Origin: Octopus bimaculoides
Lineage: Eukaryota
DNA length: 64,000 bases
NCBI RefSeq assembly: GCF_001194135.2
Contig: NC_068987.1
Location: 32,978,171 to 33,042,170, forward strand
Direction of reading: 5' to 3'
In this document: one piece after another, positions 13,895-26,364 of the stretch
Layout: each line of letters begins with the position of its first letter
Position numbering within the stretch: position 1 is the stretch's first letter
The notes under the pieces: generated by a model
Told to the model about the DNA's origin: nothing
Database searches by the model: none
The model's input: only the letters and a program-made list of their open reading frames with translations
Program-made: the position numbers and the translations under genes

Positions 13895-14075
13895 AGGCGT
13901 GAACTGTGTGGTAAGAATGTTGCTTCCTAACCACATCGATCCGAGTTCATTCAAACGCGTGGGCCCTTGAGCAACTGTCTTCTACTCTAGACTCGGGCCA
14001 TCCAAAGACTTGTGAATGGATTTGGTAGAAGGAAACTGAAAGAAACCATCTTGTATATATATATATATATATATA
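13895..14075 (+). mobile_element. tRNA-derived SINE, family B, 5' half running into (TA)n and an N-gap
   Basis: tgtgtggtaag...aaccacat...gagttca (A/B-box-like), then tgtcttctact...ggatttggtagaaggaaactgaaaga. Homologous to 18383 and to the reverse complement of 62000-62177. Confidence 0.85.
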
Positions 14076-14774
14076 NNNNNNNNNNNNNNNNNNNNNNNNN
14101 NNNNNNNNNNNNNNNNNNNNNNNNNNNNNNNNNNNNNNNNNNNNNNNNNNNNNNNNNNNNNNNNNNNNNNNNNNNNNNNNNNNNNNNNNNNNNNNNNNNN
14201 NNNNNNNNNNNNNNNNNNNNNNNNNNNNNNNNNNNNNNNNNNNNNNNNNNNNNNNNNNNNNNNNNNNNNNNNNNNNNNNNNNNNNNNNNNNNNNNNNNNN
14301 NNNNNNNNNNNNNNNNNNNNNNNNNNNNNNNNNNNNNNNNNNNNNNNNNNNNNNNNNNNNNNNNNNNNNNNNNNNNNNNNNNNNNNNNNNNNNNNNNNNN
14401 NNNNNNNNNNNNNNNNNNNNNNNNNNNNNNNNNNNNNNNNNNNNNNNNNNNNNNNNNNNNNNNNNNNNNNNNNNNNNNNNNNNNNNNNNNNNNNNNNNNN
14501 NNNNNNNNNNNNNNNNNNNNNNNNNNNNNNNNNNNNNNNNNNNNNNNNNNNNNNNNNNNNNNNNNNNNNNNNNNNNNNNNNNNNNNNNNNNNNNNNNNNN
14601 NNNNNNNNNNNNNNNNNNNNNNNNNNNNNNNNNNNNNNNNNNNNNNNNNNNNNNNNNNNNNNNNNNNNNNNNNNNNNNNNNNNNNNNNNNNNNNNNNNNN
14701 NNNNNNNNNNNNNNNNNNNNNNNNNNNNNNNNNNNNNNNNNNNNNNNNNNNNNNNNNNNNNNNNNNNACCGAGC

Positions 14775-14813
<39 letters not shown>

Positions 14814-14816
<3 letters not shown>

Positions 14817-15255
14817 GAAGTCTGATAAATAGGTACCCCGACTGTTGTCATAGTACCGAAGCTGAAGCTCGCAGAGTAACACATCTTAGCAAAGATTGAA
14901 CTTGAACTCTGCTGTGCATGCGCACTGTTTTAACGTTCTAGCGCACGTCCTCTGTTTACAGCAGTGGTTGGAAGGAAGGTGTGTAGCGTGTGCTCTTCGC
15001 ATTGATCATGACAGTGAATGTTGTCATGGCGATATCTGCTCAGAGGCCTGCACAGAGTTGTAGAGATTCAGACGTCTGCAAGATGGCCGAAACAATGTCG
15101 ATGTTAACGAACGTTTTAGGAGACCCACAAACAGCAGAACTTTGAGAAACATTGCAGATGAGCGTGCAGCAGTGAGGGGAAATCGTCGAATTACCATCCG
15201 TGAAATATTAGAGGATGTGCAGATTAGTTACGGTTCAGTTCAGTCCTTTGTATGA
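14814..15255 (+). mobile_element. Mariner transposon 5' fragment (TIR-like end plus HTH region of the transposase)
   Basis: Begins TAcgaagtctgataaatagg after (TA)n. 15067-15255 translates FRRLQDGRNNVDVNERFRRPTNSRTLRNIADERAAVRGNRRITIREILEDVQISYGSVQS, matching the mariner RSGRP...DRRITIREIA...ISYGSV motif. Confidence 0.85.
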
Positions 15256-16365
15256 ATAAGAGTGTATGGGTGTATAAGACTTAAAGGTTGCGAAACGGTT
15301 CGCCCTCGAGTAAAATAGATTGGTCTCGACATCTGCGACCGACTGACAAGGTTTTCGGTTATGATTTATTAGAAAATACAAATTTCTACGAGAAATAGCT
15401 CAACTTTTAGATTGAGAAATCTACACGTCTCTATTGGCCTCCACCTCCATGAAACTCTGTGTGATTTACGCCTTTACTCTCTCTTTATATTTTTACCACA
15501 CTTTTATCATACTCTCCCTTTGTATATGTATATTCTCACGTAGTTGCTTCCTATTCTCTTTCTTTATATGACATGCTATTACTTTCAGTTTATTTAAAAC
15601 TTCATAGTTGTGATATTTTACTTTCATTTTGTGATAACATTTTGTCCGTCGGAGAAGACATAGTCTAACAGGAGTAAAAAAAAATTGAAATAAAGGCATT
15701 CTATTGTAAAAATTGCCCGGAAATAACGGAATACTTAGCAAGGATACATATGAACCATACTATATATTATACAACCAAAACTTTAACCGCTATAGCTAAG
15801 AACTGAAGAAAAAAAAAACTATGTAACCTTTGGATAAAAGTAGGTCCAAGTTACATCATGTCTCAAACAAAGGACGGAACGGTTACGGCTGATTTGTCTT
15901 TGATTGTATGATTGCTTGATCAAGCTTGACCTGAGGTTAAACAACAACAGCACCACCAACAACAACAGTAATTGCAGCAGCAGAAGCATGTAATAGTATT
16001 TATTTTAGATTTCTTCATTTCACTCCATATTTTATTTTATGTTTTTATTTATATACTGCTTTACTATTCATTAATGACTGTTTGTTTGTTCTTGAAGTAG
16101 TGTAGCTATTAACATGTAACTTCATTGATCTTTTAGATAGTCAGCTAACAAATGTAATTAACCGAAAAATTCTAATTAACAATGTTAGGGTAACAGTAAT
16201 CACTTTTTCGAGACAAAGTTCTTTTTATTTCTTTAATTATTTTCTTATTGAAACAAAAACAAATAAATAAATAAATAAATAAACAAATAAAAAAATTAAA
16301 TGTTCATAAAATCCTTTATTTCTTCTCAACATTCATTTAGCTGCATCATTTAGAAGGCATCATGA

Positions 16366-16367
<2 letters not shown>

Positions 16368-16440
<73 letters not shown>

Positions 16441-16760
16441 CACAACCATCACTATCACAATTGTCACCACTATTACTACGACTACAACTACTACTGCTGC
16501 TGCTGTTATTGTTGCTTTTCTTACTACCGTCATCATCACCTTCATCACAATCATCATTGTTACATCGTCATCATCATCTTCATCGTCATCATCATCTTCA
16601 TCGTCATCATCATCATCATCTCGACGTCGTCGTCACCACTACCACCAAAATCATAATCGATTCTTCTTCTTCTTCTTCTTCTTCTTCTTCTTCTTCTTCT
16701 TCTTCTTCTTCTTCTTCTTCTTCTACTTCTTCTTCTTCACCCTCCTCCTCCTGCTTCTTC
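16368..16760. repeat. Compound trinucleotide microsatellite (ATT)/(CAT)/(CTT)
   Basis: Direct inspection; explains ORFs 16360-16829. Confidence 0.95.
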
Positions 16761-16884
16761 CATCTCACATTCTGCCTTTCCCCCTCCACCTTAGCCTCCT
16801 TATCACCATCATCATTAGCTTCGCCGTAGTTTCTTTTACTGTTTATAATTCAAACGTTATCATTATTGTGCTTGCTTTTAAAAT

Positions 16885-17050
16885 TACAAATAAAATTGCA
16901 AGTCTGGTATTCTTTCAATCTGAGTTCAAATGACGCCGAATCAGCTTAATCTTTCATCCCACATGGAACGATAAAATAAAGTGCCAGTCAAATATAATAG
17001 TGTCAATGGTACTGACTAAACACACTTACCTCAATATTGTTGACCTCGAG
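16885..17050 (+). mobile_element. tRNA-derived SINE, family A (degenerate)
   Basis: ctgagttcaaatgacgccga...tttcatcc...gataaaataaagtgccagt. Confidence 0.6.
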
Positions 17051-17099
17051 TCTAAAGTAGGAGCAATTATTGTTTTTGATTTGACTCAGGGTCATTCTA

Positions 17100-18009
17100 G
17101 TTCTTGGTAGAATTTATGTGTGTAGCCAGTTATTATCTGGGATCTTAGATATCCATAGACTTCCAATAATATTTCAGGTGCCTAAAAACCTCCTGATAAC
17201 ATTCGTGTCCCTTAGAGGAACACTTTCTGTAGAAGCTTTGCAGAACATTCTATTCCAATCTCCTTCAACCATTTGTTTATATCTTCACTCACAGTTACCA
17301 CTGCACCAATTATCATAGGCACAACATTTACAGTTTTCATATTCCAAATTCTTACAATTTCAAATTTTGGTAAATTGTATTTCTTTAATTTTTCATCTTC
17401 CTTCTTTACAGCCCTGGAATAAAACGTACATGATGGATCAATTTATAAGCAACTTCGGTTTGTCTTCTCTTTGATTGTTACATCTGGTTTATTATTTCCT
17501 AACTTCAAATCCGTTTGAATGGGAAAATTAATAAAGCGGTGAATAAAGAATTGATAAAAGCCGGTGGAATTGGAGAATAGGATAAAAATTAAATTCAAAC
17601 AGAGCATGTTAAGCAGATTGATGAGAAACCTTTGCATAGTCAATATTGTAAATCCACTGAGGATGTATGTTGCACAAAAGTATGGGCCTGTTTGAAAAAA
17701 TAGCAATTGAAAAAAGAAACATAGAGCTTTATTATAGCAGCCCAAGTTCAACAACTTCAAATAATATGTGTATGAGCAGAAGGCATCCGCATAATGTAGT
17801 TTGTGTGGAATTGGAGATGAAACAATGGCATATATTGTTGCAGAATGTTTCATGTTGGCTCAGATAAAATATAAGAAGTGGAGGTATGACCAAGTTGTTA
17901 AAGTCTTACACTGGAAACTTAGTCAGAAATGGTTGGAACTGGAAGTACTTGGTATAATCACTGGGTTGAAAGAGTACTTGGAATATGAGAACTGTAAATG
18001 CTGTGGATT
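17100..18009. mobile_element. RLE-class LINE remnant with an inverted 5' segment (RLE on minus 17100-17529; knuckle region on plus ~17535-18009)
   Basis: Minus: NFPIQTDLKLGNNKPDVTIKEK...IDPSC...EKLKKYNL...VVPMIIGAV. Plus: EKPLHSQY...LKKET*SFIIAAQ...CGIGDETMAYIVAEC...WYNH...ENCK.LW. Confidence 0.85.
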
Positions 18010-18382
18010 GAGTGTAATAGTATACACAAATAGACGAATGGGACTTTATTGAAATGTCATGTACAGCTTCTACAGTAAGTTTGGCTCTTAGGAATAGAAA
18101 AGTTTATTAGAAGGATTTTGAGTACATGAAATGTTATTGAAAACTTGCGGCTATTTACTGTTCGAGTAATAACGCGTTACCCACATAAATTCTACGAAGG
18201 TTAACACCAAACCTGAGTTAAGTATAACAATAACAACAATAAGAAGAATATCATTTTATTAACCACTAAAGCTGCAATAACATTTTGCACAGTACAAAGT
18301 CAAAAGATATTGAAGATTTGCATACAACTGTGTGAAAAATAACTATAACAACTGGGAAAGAAAATCTCTCAACGAAATTCCT

Positions 18383-18496
18383 CAGTGGCTGCTTGGAAAG
18401 TAGCTTGCTTACGAACCACATGGTTCCGGGTTCCGTCCCACTGCTTCGCACCTTGTGAGTGGATTTGGTAGACGAAAACTAAAAGAGGCCGTTGTA

Positions 18497-18527
<31 letters not shown>

Positions 18528-19095
18528 NNNNNNNNNNNNNNNNNNNNNNNNNNNNNNNNNNNNNNNNNNNNNNNNNNNNNNNNNNNNNNNNNNNNNNNNN
18601 NNNNNNNNNNNNNNNNNNNNNNNNNNNNNNNNNNNNNNNNNNNNNNNNNNNNNNNNNNNNNNNNNNNNNNNNNNNNNNNNNNNNNNNNNNNNNNNNNNNN
18701 NNNNNNNNNNNNNNNNNNNNNNNNNNNNNNNNNNNNNNNNNNNNNNNNNNNNNNNNNNNNNNNNNNNNNNNNNNNNNNNNNNNNNNNNNNNNNNNNNNNN
18801 NNNNNNNNNNNNNNNNNNNNNNNNNNNNNNNNNNNNNNNNNNNNNNNNNNNNNNNNNNNNNNNNNNNNNNNNNNNNNNNNNNTGTGTGTGTGTGTGTGTG
18901 TCTGTGTTTGTCCCCCCAACATCGCTTGACAACCGATGCTGGTGTGTTTACGTCTCCGTAACTTAGCGGTTCGGCAAAAGAGACCGATAGAATAAGTACT
19001 AGGCTTACAAAGAATACGTCCTAGGGTCGATTTGCCCGACTAAAGGCGGTGCTCCACCATGGCCACAGTCAAATGACTGAAACAAGTAAAAGAGA
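18383..19095 (+). mobile_element. Composite SINE family B: tRNA-like head, internal (TA)/(TG) microsatellite (gapped), 3' body
   Basis: Head ...aaccacatggttccgggttccgtccc. After the gap, tgtttgtcccc...gacaaccgatgctggtgtgtttacgt...aataagtactaggcttacaaagaa...aaatgactgaaacaagtaaaaga. Confidence 0.9.
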
Positions 19096-19559
19096 AATAG
19101 TAAACGACATCCATGAAACTCTACAACTTCCTAGCCACATACACATCAAGAGCAATATGGCAAGTCCTCCTCAGTCTTCTTTACTCCTTAGCCTACATGT
19201 GCAAGCTGAGAGAGGGTTCACTTACACAAGTCATCTTCACCATATTCTCCCATTTGTCAACAAATTTACTGAGAGCAGGACATGTCTCTTAAAACTCGTT
19301 TTCTTTATGTAATGGAAGTCGATGAGGGCTTTACCGAAGAGATATTAGTCTCCTTTGGCATGCAATATATCAACCAGCACATTTTGCGTCAGAACATAGA
19401 TGTGTTGCGCATAAGTATGCAAATAAGCGAAAAAGTTTATAATTTTGACTCAATTTTGGGCAAGCAAATTTTCCCTGTTGTAATTCTATTTGAAAGACTC
19501 TAGAAAATGTTTGCAATCTCTGACGTAAAACCATTTACAAGAGATTACACAGAATATGC

Positions 19560-19925
19560 TAACCTCCGGAGTCGTTTTCAGTCACCGTCGCACATATCCT
19601 CCAACGCTCCTCTACAGACTGCGAGTGTTTACTTCAGTTGGACACACTAGTCTAGCATGTAGAGTGAAATGACCGTCTGGCAACATTCTGCACAGCAAAG
19701 ACCCAACTTCGTCGTGCAACTGATTCAAGACTACAGCTCAGTCAAATTTCATGCATTACAAATTATACGTGCAATATGATATAGCAACAGAAAGCATATA
19801 CTACCAAATGGCTGAGAAGAATTACAACGCGACTGTTCTCTGGGATATTTCTACATACACATAGCGATACATCCGAGCTAATTCGTTGGATACTGCAGCC
19901 AAGAGCAAGGGAACAGTAGGTGCCC
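19560..19925 (+). mobile_element. Highly decayed RLE-class LINE fragment (knuckle to start of RLE)
   Basis: Remnants resembling CRL..VGHxxSAC, VLWDISTYT and RYIRANSLD with frameshifts. Confidence 0.5.
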
Positions 19926-20049
19926 CGAAATCGAACTATTCTAACAGACGGTGCTGTATATCTATAAGGAATGGCGATTTTATCCTAATATAAAATCTAA
20001 AAATAAGGGAAATCAGAATATGAGAATTGAATATAGATAGAATCATTAT

Positions 20050-20497
20050 ATCGTAGGGGTGGGTGGCTGGAAAGAAGTTTACTTAATTACAAAGTCTCAA
20101 GTTCCCTCCCATTGCGTAAGTGTCTTCTACGATAGCCCCAGACCAACCAACTCCATATGAATGAATTTGGTAGAACAAACTGAAATAAACCTGCCGTAAA
20201 TACATGTATATAGATCTTCAGGTTTTTGTTTTTAATTGTTTCAATTATTATATGTATTTTTGTGTGTATGGATGTGTATCTATGTATGTGCGTGTATGTG
20301 TGTGTCCTTCACCTTCGCTTGGCAACCGGTATTGGTTTGTTTCACTCTCCCTAGCTTAGCGTTTCGGTATAATAGACAGATGAAATAACTGCCAGGCTTA
20401 TAAAGAAATAACAGTGGGGTCAGTTCATTCGACTAAAGTCCTACAAAGCGGTCTCAGCATAGCTAAAATCCAATGACTGAAACAAATAAAATATAAA
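20050..20497 (+). mobile_element. Composite SINE family B, older diverged complete copy
   Basis: Same head / TG-rich middle / 3' body order as 18383-19095, ending aatgactgaaacaaataaaa. Confidence 0.8.
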
Positions 20498-21959
20498 GTA
20501 TAACAACAAAACACTGTTGACAAATGCATAACTAAAATCCAAGGTTTTACACAGGCACACAATATAGAGAAAATAACATTATAAGGTCTGACACAGGAAT
20601 TATGAATTATGACGCACGAATTATGCGATAGAAATCAAAACATCCAAACGAAACACTTCACCTACGATACAAACGTAAAACCGTTTTACCTAGAAGAGTA
20701 AAAGCACGAAATATAAAAAATATTTAGATCATGGAAACGTATTAAAACAGATGCCTAAGGGTGGAATAAGATGAAATGAAATCAGAGGGAAAGAAACACA
20801 GAATACCTAGACAAAAAAGTGCACCGGAAACAAAAGAGAGCATACCGGAAGCTAAAGAAATCACATAGGAAATGAAAGAGAATCAGAGTCGATTTACAAG
20901 AAAACACTGTTTTGTTTTTATGCTTCGAATAATACCCATTACAATCTACGAATATAAACGAAGGAATCGGAACAAACAATTATGATAATACTGAAGGATA
21001 ACCACGACCAGTTCTAGTAAACTAGTCGATTACATGAGGTATTAAAACGTTAAGTTGCTACACAATTTCTGAACAGCTTTAGCGAAATTTATTAGTCTGA
21101 ATGCAATAAGGAAACTTATCAACAAAGAAGAGAGATGATGTCATTCAAAAAGTGGGTTGGTCTGGTGAGATTTGTCACAGGATTGGATATGAAACATCTC
21201 CAACTTTGTCAAATAAATATAACTCTGTGATGGTTGTAAAAAGTTAGATGGGGAAACTTAAATAAACGCATAAAAATAAAACTTAGACAAAATAGAGCAA
21301 TTGTTCGCAATTTATTACATTTTAACTAGATTTTCAACTTGTGTACAGAGGATGTTGGCTAGAGAATGTAGAAGAAAAATTGGAGAAGGTGATGCACCGT
21401 ATAAGGCTGGCTTGAAGTGCTGAATATCTTCGCGCCCGTCACGAGTGTATCTGTGCATTATGTATTGCTATCTATCTGATATAAATTACGCATGATTTCC
21501 TTAATCTTCGTATAGCCACTTCGTTTAAACATAATTATAAACCACAAGATATATCAACCAGAGATATGCAGTCACCTATAGGGAAACATGATAAACAATT
21601 GAAATATAATGTATCATTGAAGCCCAATGTTAAAACGTGTACTTTAATGAAATTGAAACATCTAAATTTGAAAACTGGAGACTGTAAAAAAATTTCAGAA
21701 TGAAATCAGTGTACGGTCAAAATAGTGGCATGTAAGTAAAGGATCGTACCCAACACGTACAAAAAAATAGGGAAGGAAGAAACAGATATGAGAATTTGTT
21801 TCGATACAAGAATCATAGATTACAGCTTTCCGCTCCCTACTCTCAAACAGAAACTATTACATCATATATAGCATCAACAGCACTGATAAGCAAATAGCGC
21901 TGAAGTCCAACAGACTATGTAACTTAAAAGCGATACTTAAGATTCTTAAGAACCAAAAA

Positions 21960-24142
21960 AGTTTCAGATATAGAAATATATATCGTTTACATAACGTATA
22001 AAAATAATCAATAAACAAAAAATAGATAATAAAAATGGAAAAAGAAATCAGAATTAAAACATTACAGCTAAAACCATTTACAAAATAAACACAAGATTAG
22101 ATTATTACCAAGAAATACATAAAAAGAAAAGACAACCGAACCAAAAACTTGTATTTTCAGAAATTATTGACCAGCGCAGTTCGAACTAGTTCAATAGAAA
22201 CAGCAGTATGAGGAAGATATAAGAAAAGAATAATTCAAAAGATGAGCATTTTCAATATGATATGTTCCAAAGGTGGAAATTGTTAATAAATCAAAAAATC
22301 GATAGATGTTTCTTTGGATCAACGAAAGTATCTCTCAAGATAAAACTGATACAAATATAAAGAAAACGCAAAACTGGTTAGTGCAGACTTAGTGGAAATA
22401 AAGGCGAACATGAATATCACCCGTTTCAGAGAAATAATTTATGCAGTAGCTGCAACAGATGACATAGAAAGTGGATACTGCTTTAATATATATATATATA
22501 TACAGAGAGAGAGAGAGAGNNNNNNNNNNNNNNNNNNNNNNNNNNNNNNNNNNNNNNNNNNNNNNNNNNNNNNNNNNNNNNNNNNNNNNNNNNNNNNNNN
22601 NNNNNNNNNNNNNNNNNNNNNNNNNNNNNNNNNNNNNNNNTATATATATATAGGGGATACTGGAAAGGGTCAGATACTCGCAAATGTCAATGCATTCCAA
22701 AATGATATTGTGAAAGAAACAAATAATGGATAGCTTGCAATACAAGTCTCTACATTGTTTCGGAGACGTAGGATATCAACAAACAGGTTGAATAATGTAG
22801 TGATTAAAAATAAACAGGTAATTAAACATGTCATGTGTAAATGACAAATAATTCAATCAATGTAAAAAGTGAATGAAATGCAATCACGAATCCTATTCTT
22901 CTCATCACAAGAAATGTTCCAAGGCACTTGACTGCCACAGATATTCCAACCAATATTCTAAAGTTAGACTAGGATAGGGCAATTTCAAGCTATAAAATAA
23001 ATTCTCCGCCTGTTTGAGCGATGTGTCCTTCTGTCGTTCAACGAAGAGATCTATACACGCATTTCAAGATAGCGTAGTTCCCTGAAACGATTGTTGTACT
23101 TAAGAATATTCTCAATAAGAAGCATCATGGTTTAATGTGGAACAGGTGAGTTTAACAGATTTAAGAATGTAGTCCAGTGAACGTACTTCCACACTGTTCC
23201 ACCTATCTGGATACCTTATTAAATATCGACTCAAATCGAGGGTGTGGGAGATGATACATGGCCACAGTGCGTCACTCAGTGCCATCTGAACTGCGACATC
23301 GGAATTGCGAAATAAACTAATTCACCAGTATGCCATGATGTACGAGCCTGAAGATAAAAAAGAAACTGGAGACAATATTATATATGATGCACAGATTCAG
23401 TAGTGTAATTGGCAAAAAATTTGGTTTAGACAATCTTGAAGAGAGGAACATTAATACGAAACACTAATATCATGTTAGATAAAACAACATAAGCAGCAGA
23501 ATTAGAAGAAACATAAAGACTTACAAATACTTAAGAATTAATGAGCAAGACGAGACAAAGTACATACATATATGAAAGAAAATTATATGTAAGAATAGTA
23601 TAGACGAATTACATTAATATTGAAAACAGAGATAAATAGCAAACACATGGTAATATACAGCTGTTCCAGTAATAAGTTATAGTTATAATATTATCAACTG
23701 AAAGCTAAATGAATTAGCAAGACTAGACAAGAAAAGTAGTAGAATAGTAACTGCATTTATAAAACAGAACCCAAAAGACGACACAGAAAGATTATTTTTA
23801 CATGAAGAAAAAAAATGTTTTCTGTCTTCGAGGAAGCCAACAAATTATAACATACATGATACTGAAGTAGACGGCAAGTGTAAAGAGGATGGGGAATCAG
23901 CAACTCAACGTAATAACGAAATGGGAAAATGCAATTACAAAATGTTAAGACGATGCTAAGAAATAAGCCACCGTATGACCGACACTACACAATGCTGAAG
24001 AAAGATGGTAAAGGTAATTCGTTATTACTTGAGAGGTGTGGGACTGAAAATTGTGACAGAAGGATACTTCATACAAGAATAAGCATTCCTTCTCGAACGA
24101 AACTATCAAAGTCTTGGAATGATTCAGAATGCAAGGTTAGTG
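21960..24142 (+). mobile_element. Decayed RLE-class LINE, interrupted by a microsatellite/gap and an unrelated ~500-bp block (about 22880-23390)
   Basis: A-rich strand with remnants IKANMNITRFREIIYAVAA (pre-RT), KKFGLDN, TYKYLRINEQD, AVPVISYSYNIIN, RLDKK...PKDDTERLFL (RT 6-7/thumb), GLKIVTEGY...RNYQ. It may extend upstream to ~20500. Confidence 0.65.
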
Positions 24143-25103
24143 NNNNNNNNNNNNNNNNNNNNNNNNNNNNNNNNNNNNNNNNNNNNNNNNNNNNNNNNNN
24201 NNNNNNNNNNNNNNNNNNNNNNNNNNNNNNNNNNNNNNNNNNNNNNNNNNNNNNNNNNNNNNNNNNNNNNNNNNNNNNNNNNNNNNNNNNNNNNNNNNNN
24301 NNNNNNNNNNNNNNNNNNNNNNNNNNNNNNNNNNNNNNNNNNNNNNNNNNNNNNNNNNNNNNNNNNNNNNNNNNNNNNNNNNNNNNNNNNNNNNNNNNNN
24401 NNNNNNNNNNNNNNNNNNNNNNNNNNNNNNNNNNNNNNNNNNNNNNNNNNNNNNNNNNNNNNNNNNNNNNNNNNNNNNNNNNNNNNNNNNNNNNNNNNNN
24501 NNNNNNNNNNNNNNNNNNNNNNNNNNNNNNNNNNNNNNNNNNNNNNNNNNNNNNNNNNNNNNNNNNNNNNNNNNNNNNNNNNNNNNNNNNNNNNNNNNNN
24601 NNNNNNNNNNNNNNNNNNNNNNNNNNNNNNNNNNNNNNNNNNNNNNNNNNNNNNNNNNNNNNNNNNNNNNNNNNNNNNNNNNNNNNNNNNNNNNNNNNNN
24701 NNNNNNNNNNNNNNNNNNNNNNNNNNNNNNNNNNNNNNNNNNNNNNNNNNNNNNNNNNNNNNNNNNNNNNNNNNNTATATATACATATATGATGGGCTCC
24801 CTCGTCAGTTTCCTACGAATGAGCATCTGTCAACCTAAATTTTCTATGTCAATCATAATGCTTATATAGAATGTGATATTTCAGTCCTGCCAATTGTGCG
24901 GTATTCAATGAACAAATGTAAGTCATCAGAAAACCCATATATATGGTTTGATTTATAGAGTGCTGGCTTGTGTAGAACCAGCCACACTTTTTGAAAGTGA
25001 TGAAAGAAAGAACATAGTGCACATATGTGCCACAATACCAGGGACAACACCCTCAGGTTTTATTTGTCAGAAGTTTCCATATGTGTGTATTTACATACAT
25101 ATA

Positions 25104-26364
25104 TAAGGTATTGCAGCTGAATTGAGATAATTTTTACGATGCGTAAACTTGGTTATGAATACTAAAATAATGGTAGTAGACAGATATAATTTTATTCTAA
25201 CATTTACTGCAACAAAAATATATATCACTCAATATGGTTTCACTTTTGAGCAATTCCTGCCTCCACACGAAAACGAAATACGCTTCCAGCTTTCGCAACC
25301 TCCATCTTTTTGATTTTTCGTGCCGCACTCACGATGCAGGTCTTCAAATTGTTGACACTCGAGTGTAGTGAAGCATTGGTCTTTGCTTGAAGTACGCCCC
25401 ATACATAGTAATCGCGAAGGTTGTGATATGGGCTATAACTGGGCCAGATGTTGGCACTCACAAAAAATGGTACCTTCTCACCAAGGCAGGATTGTGTTGC
25501 TTTTGACCCATGGCATGATGCAGAATCCTGCATAAGCACCACATTTTCAAGTTCAAACCTCTGTTCCATCCAAGGTAACAGAGACTTCTTCAAGATGCCC
25601 AGATACTCCTTTGTTCCGATCTTAAACCCAGACTCAATGACATGTGGATCTATGACACTGCCATCACTCCAAATACCACCACAGCGGTAGGAGTCTTAGT
25701 TTCAAATAGTGGGGACGTCAGAAGGGTTGTATGCAATCACTCGAGAATTTCAGCGATTCACTTCAGCGTCCACAGTGAACTTCTCGTCGACAAACACGAA
25801 AGATTTACCTGCACCTTGATGCTTGATGAATGACAAAAGCTTTGGGCATCTCTCGGCTCTGATTACTTTGGCCTTGGCTGTTAGGAGGTGACGGCGTCGT
25901 CGAACATAGCTAGTCATGCCAAAGTTCCTGTTCACAGTTCTGACCACCGTGGAAAGGACACATTGTGTTTCTTTGCAACTGTTGTCATAGATGTTGATAG
26001 GCTGGCTACAATCGAGCGTTTGAGGCGAGCGAGAAACTTTGGATTGCGTTAGGATTCACTTCGAATGTTATGTTCTTTTCTATCAATCTTTTCATCTACT
26101 TTACATTGCTTATAGGCACGATAAGCTGTTGCTTATGGAAGTTTCATCAACTTGACGATTTTATTGCAAGTGCGCCGACAGCGCGTCTAAATATCAATGG
26201 CGAAACGATTCTGTTTTTCCATGATATTCTTTTGTCTAACCAGTTCGCTTTTTACCTAAATGAAGGAAGGTTAGATATTCAAGCAAGCAAAGTTTTGTCA
26301 AAAATGAAATTTTAAACTAAGTTAACTGCTTAAAATTGGTCTCAGTTTATCTGCAAGACCCTTA
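25104..26364 (-). mobile_element. Near full-length Tc1/mariner element of the maT (DD37D) family
   Basis: TIRs: left taaggtattgcagctgaattgagataattttt versus reverse complement of right taagggtcttgcagataaactgagaccaattttaag. About 1.26 kb. Confidence 0.9.
25240..26222 (-). pseudogene. DD37D (maT) transposase pseudogene
   Basis: ATG at 26222 (MEKQNRFAI), several stops and frameshifts. FVFVDEKFTV supplies the first D; QDSASCH...WPSYSP...LRDYYVW has exactly 37 residues between the second and third D by manual count. Confidence 0.9.
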
